From the NCBI RefSeq assembly GCF_009914755.1, contig NC_060935.1: a DNA stretch of 64,000 nt. The stretch is one strand, 5' to 3'. The notes beneath the pieces were generated by a model. It was not told where the DNA came from. It saw only the letters and a list, made by a program, of their open reading frames with translations, and made no database searches. The position numbers and the translations under genes are program-made. The stretch is from the human T2T-CHM13v2.0 reference genome, Homo sapiens. Shown piece by piece: positions 59,935-64,000 of this stretch (positions are counted from its first letter, which is position 1; the number at the start of each line of letters is the position of its first letter).

Positions 59935-60545
59935 GTAAAATTTATTTATTTATTTTGTAATTTCAACTCTTAGATTTAGGGGCTACATGTGTGGGTTTGT
60001 GACATGGGTAGATTGTGTGATTCTGAAGTTTGGGGTATGAATGATCCCATCACCCACTGATATGGTTAGGCTCTGTGTTCCCACCCAAATCTCATCTTGA
60101 ATTGTCCGCATAATCCCCACATTAGGGTTGGGACCTGTTGGGAGGTGATTGGATTGCAGGGTTGGTTTCCCCCATGCTGTTCTCATGATAGTGAGTTATC
60201 ATGAGATCTGATGGTTTTTTAAGTGTTTGACAGCTCCCCCTGCACGGACATTCTCTTTCTCTCTCACCTGCTGCCCTGTAAGATGTGCCTCTTCCCCTTC
60301 CGCCATGACTGTTAAGTTTACTGAGGCCTTCCCAGCCATGTGGAACTGTAAGTCAATTAAATCTCTTTTCTTTATAAATGACCCAGCCTCAGATATTTAC
60401 TTATAGCAACGTGAAAATGAACTAATATACGCAGGTGGTAAGCATATTACCCTATAAGTAGTTTTTCAACCCTTGTCCTCGGCCTCTCTCCCACCTTTAG
60501 TAGTCCCCAGTGTCTGCTGTTCCCATCTTTATGTCCATGTGTACC
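59935..60545 (-). mobile_element. L1PA16/L1PB 3' end interrupted by an MST LTR
   Basis: Antisense L1 3' UTR breaks at cccatcacccac and resumes at gcaggtggtaagcata. Confidence 0.7.
60058..60429 (+). mobile_element. MSTA-type MaLR solo LTR
   Basis: TGATATGGTTAGGCTCTGTGTTCCCACCCAAATCTCATCTTGAATTG...AACTAATATA. Confidence 0.85.
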
Positions 60546-61459
60546 AATAAATACATTTCCTGAACAAATAAATGACAGTCATTTAAATGAACAATCTAAT
60601 GAACTAAAAAGGTAAATAACTTTTTCTACTGAATATTTATTTATGTTATTGAACACCAAAAATTCTACTTCAAATAAGGAATAGAAATAATGTCCATTTA
60701 ATAATATTTAGATATATTGTCAAACACTCTGCTGTTCTAGTCAAATGCATGATCTCACTTACTCTGAAAAAAAAAGTGTGAAATGTGTTTTGTCATTTCC
60801 GTCAGCCTTGTGAATCTATAAGAAGGAACAAGAAGCTGATAGAGGTTAAGAAATGTTTTCCCAGCTACAGAATCTAAGAAAAAAATATTTAAATTTATGT
60901 TGCCTAACTCCAAAGTGTTAACTTCAGAGATAATGTTGTAAAAGATTTGTGAAAATGCATAGCCAGTGTTAATGTATTAATTAATTTCTAACAAGTAAGT
61001 GTTGAGCACCTTCCAGACATTACCTTATTATACTGTTACAATATTGATATAATTTTTTCTCATTTTCCATTTGAGAAAACCAAGACTTAGAATGGCAAAT
61101 GTAATTGAACAAGATCACAGAATAAGAGAATCAAAAGATCATGTTCTTAATCTGTAGGTTAAACTGCTTTTCTTTCTGTATATACATATATTCATTTTGA
61201 TATTTCTATTAATATTATGTATCGTGTTAGATGCATTACACACTCACAAAAATCATGGAATGTAATTCTTGTAACAGATATATCTCATGAATTGGAAACT
61301 GAAGTTAGAATTCTATCTCTGCCATTTATTAATGTACATATATTTCAGAGATGACTTTAAGGCGATGCTGGGTTCCTTCTTACAGGGCTCTTTTCTTGCC
61401 TCTCTGTCAAGAGTAACTAATCACCTGATACCACAGTCAGATTTAAGGTGTAAGTGTGA

Positions 61460-61785
61460 GGTCATTATGCCTCTAACTGAATAGACCCCTGGGACCTGTG
61501 CAGGGAATGTACCCACTAGAGGATGCACAGATCATCAGCAAGCAGAAGGTATCTCTGACAAGATAACCTAGAGCCCTATCCTCAGGAGTAGGGAAATTTT
61601 CTGTTTTCTCTCCAGGTCCAGTGACACAGCCCACACTTTAGGGAAGCCCTTCCCAGGGGACAAGAATTCTCATATAACTCCTTGGCTCTGAATAGTAAGA
61701 ACTATGTCGCATACAGGTTGCAGTCTGGGGTATCCGGTCCTTCACAGACAATTTCTCAGATGCGGGGCAGAGGTAGGTGAGTCAG
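61460..61785 (+). promoter_or_regulatory. Candidate OR promoter/first exon for a downstream plus-strand OR outside the window
   Basis: TCATTA (61462-61467), ACCCCTGGGA (61485-61494), perfect TCCCAGGGGA (61651-61660), donor TAG|GTGAGT (61777). Confidence 0.45.
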
Positions 61786-62708
61786 CTCCTGGTTATGCTG
61801 AAAGAGGGTCCTCAATGACAGTAACTAAAGTGATTTGTGGGATGATGGAGCTCCAGTGACTCGGCCAGAGTCTCTGTAGATAGGGCCATCTTCTAAGGAA
61901 GTAGCAAGAGAAAGAGATAGTAGTTAAGAAAAACCCAAATTCATAGCTGTAGTCAAGAACAGACTATTACTTAAGGACATGATAAAGGAAGAAAAGCAGT
62001 AAACAAACTTCAAAGAGCATTCTGAGAGTTAAAGGAAAAGAGAAGGATAAGTGTTTTAAAATTAAAAAAAAAAGAGCATTTCATGAAGATGAGAAGGATG
62101 TTAACAGATCATTCCCTGGTTATAGCTGTGTGGTCTGCTTTTCAAGACCTATGCACCTATGACTAGTTGTTAGGAATCTCAGATGCTGAAACCTCAAATT
62201 TTCACCCGTCCCTGGAATTGCCCTCAGATCCAAGGAACTGCCTCATCTGAGGTCATGTCGCATCACACAGTGTGGCCCATTGCCAACAACTAGATAATAC
62301 AGAAATACAAAAAAAATAAAAAAGGCTTACTTTTTTTGTGTGTGTGGGACAACTTAGAGAGATCAAACCATCTCCAGAGCTTCATATCGTATCATTTGAG
62401 GCTTCAGATGTAACTACATGATAAAGAAGTTTGTCTTCTGATCCAATCCTACCTTCCTGGCTTCTTTATAAGCATATTTTCCCAGAGCCTTTCTCAAAAA
62501 TCTTTCTGCCCGCCATTCTCTATCTCAGATATGTTTTTAGGAATTCAATCTAAAATACTATATATAACAATAGGGAAGATTATTATTTGCACTCAACTTT
62601 CAATAGCCATTTGTGGATCCTGGCATTAAAAAAATCATGTTATCATGGAGATAAATATGACACTAGTTTTGCCTTCAAAGAAATTATAACCTAGTGGTAG
62701 ATATTCGC

Positions 62709-62893
62709 CAGTGGTTCTCAAATTGGAATAAGCATCAGAATCACCTGGAGGGCTTTTTAACAGATTACTGGACCCCTCTTCAAGAGCTTCTGATTAAGGT
62801 GGTCTTAGTTAGTGTCCAAGAAATGTCATTTATAACAAGTTACCAGGTGATGCTGATGCTATTGGTCCAGGGAACTCATTTTGAAAACCGCTG
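62709..62893. mobile_element. MER5A hAT MITE
   Basis: TIRs cagtggttctcaaa ... tttgaaaaccgctg; internal gcatcagaatcacctggag. Confidence 0.8.
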
Positions 62894-63252
62894 ATAACTC
62901 ACGTAACAGAAAGATAGATTGGCCTTTGGAAAAATAGAAAAAAAAAGAATGGATAATCTTGAAATAAGCAGATTGAGGCAGGCTATGTAGATTGTATGTT
63001 AATAAATCTAGGCTATGTACTATAGTGGTGACTAAAGCTAGACAGGAAAGTCTCCTCATAAGAGGAAATATGAAGAAAGACATAGAGAAGAAAGCATGCA
63101 GAAAGTTTGAAGTGCAGTTTGACTGCAGTGTGGAGATGATAATACTGTAAAGATAGGTTAAAATTAATGTTTAAGATTCTTCACTGCATTTTATGGAATA
63201 AAGACTTTTTTCATAAGGATATGGAGCACTACTGAAATTTTATTCTTATGGC

Positions 63253-63470
63253 TCAGGGGTCGGTGCCCTTTTTCTATAAAGAGAGAGAGAGTTAATATTT
63301 TTAATATTTTCCTGCCATGAGATCTCAGTCACAACTCCTCAGATCTTCCATTGTAGATTAAAAGCAGCCACAGACAACACATAAATGAATGAGAATAATT
63401 TTGCCCCAATAAAATTTAATTTACAAAAACAAATGGTGGGCCAGATTTGGTCCATGGGCCATAGTTTGTG
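63253..63470. mobile_element. MER58A-like hAT element
   Basis: caggggtcgg...gcagccacagacaa...gggccagatttggtccatgggccatagtttg. Confidence 0.7.
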
Positions 63471-64000
63471 TTCTCAGAAAATACTTATGATAATCTGATT
63501 TCAAAAATTATTTTAATTGCGGACTCAATGTAAAGAAAAGATTGCTTTAGACTTTGAGTGTAGAAATGTTTTACTTCACTGACAAGAGAACCACTACACA
63601 TTTTTTTCAGTTGTTGTGTTTAATTATGAAAAGATTGCTAAGGCCATGGTGAATTAAATGGCTGTGACAATGTCAGGAAATTCAAAGTCCTACACCAAAA
63701 TTACTTTAAGTGAACAATACAATTCTCCAAAGCTAATATTTTAGAAAATAAAATTCTTGTAACAAGCACTGTCTTAAGGTGAAAAATAATAGCTGTTGGA
63801 TTTGAAATTGCATATCACAAAAGAAAAGCTGGATTTATATTCACAGGAAACAGTGAAAATATAAAATTAAACATAAATTTTGTTCCTTTGGCTGATTTTT
63901 CTCCATTGCACTCTTAATTCTACCAAATTTAGGTATTCTTTATTCTTCCTTATTTCAGTGACAGATTAAATAATTTAGCTCTGTACTTTAATTTTTCTGC

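Overview
AT-rich, repeat-dense primate DNA (very likely human 11p15.4) from the class I olfactory receptor cluster. It holds four OR52E-family loci. OR52E6 (-, 8760-9701) has an open ORF but many hits at conserved residues. OR52E8 (-, 24468-25622) is a stop-loss allele here, with a 67-aa C-terminal extension. A multiply disrupted OR52E pseudogene (+, 42175-43113) is probably OR52E7P. OR52E4 (+, 52780-53718) is intact. The rest is mostly L1 (several nested and 5'-inverted insertions), Alu, MaLR/ERV solo LTRs and DNA-transposon fossils. OR52E6 and OR52E8 sit in an old tandem duplication whose coding regions are much more alike than their flanks. Most interesting observations: (1) the OR52E8 read-through allele; (2) coordinated protein-, splice-donor- and O/E-site decay of OR52E6, suggesting a cryptic pseudogene; (3) a ~270-bp near-perfect hairpin just downstream of the pseudogene that matches no repeat family I recognise; (4) two inverted L1PA copies flanking the pseudogene that share non-consensus variants; (5) a very young AluY; (6) candidate OR promoter/first-exon modules. 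I found no new protein-coding system. Gene names and repeat subfamilies come from recall, not a database search; old-repeat boundaries are approximate.
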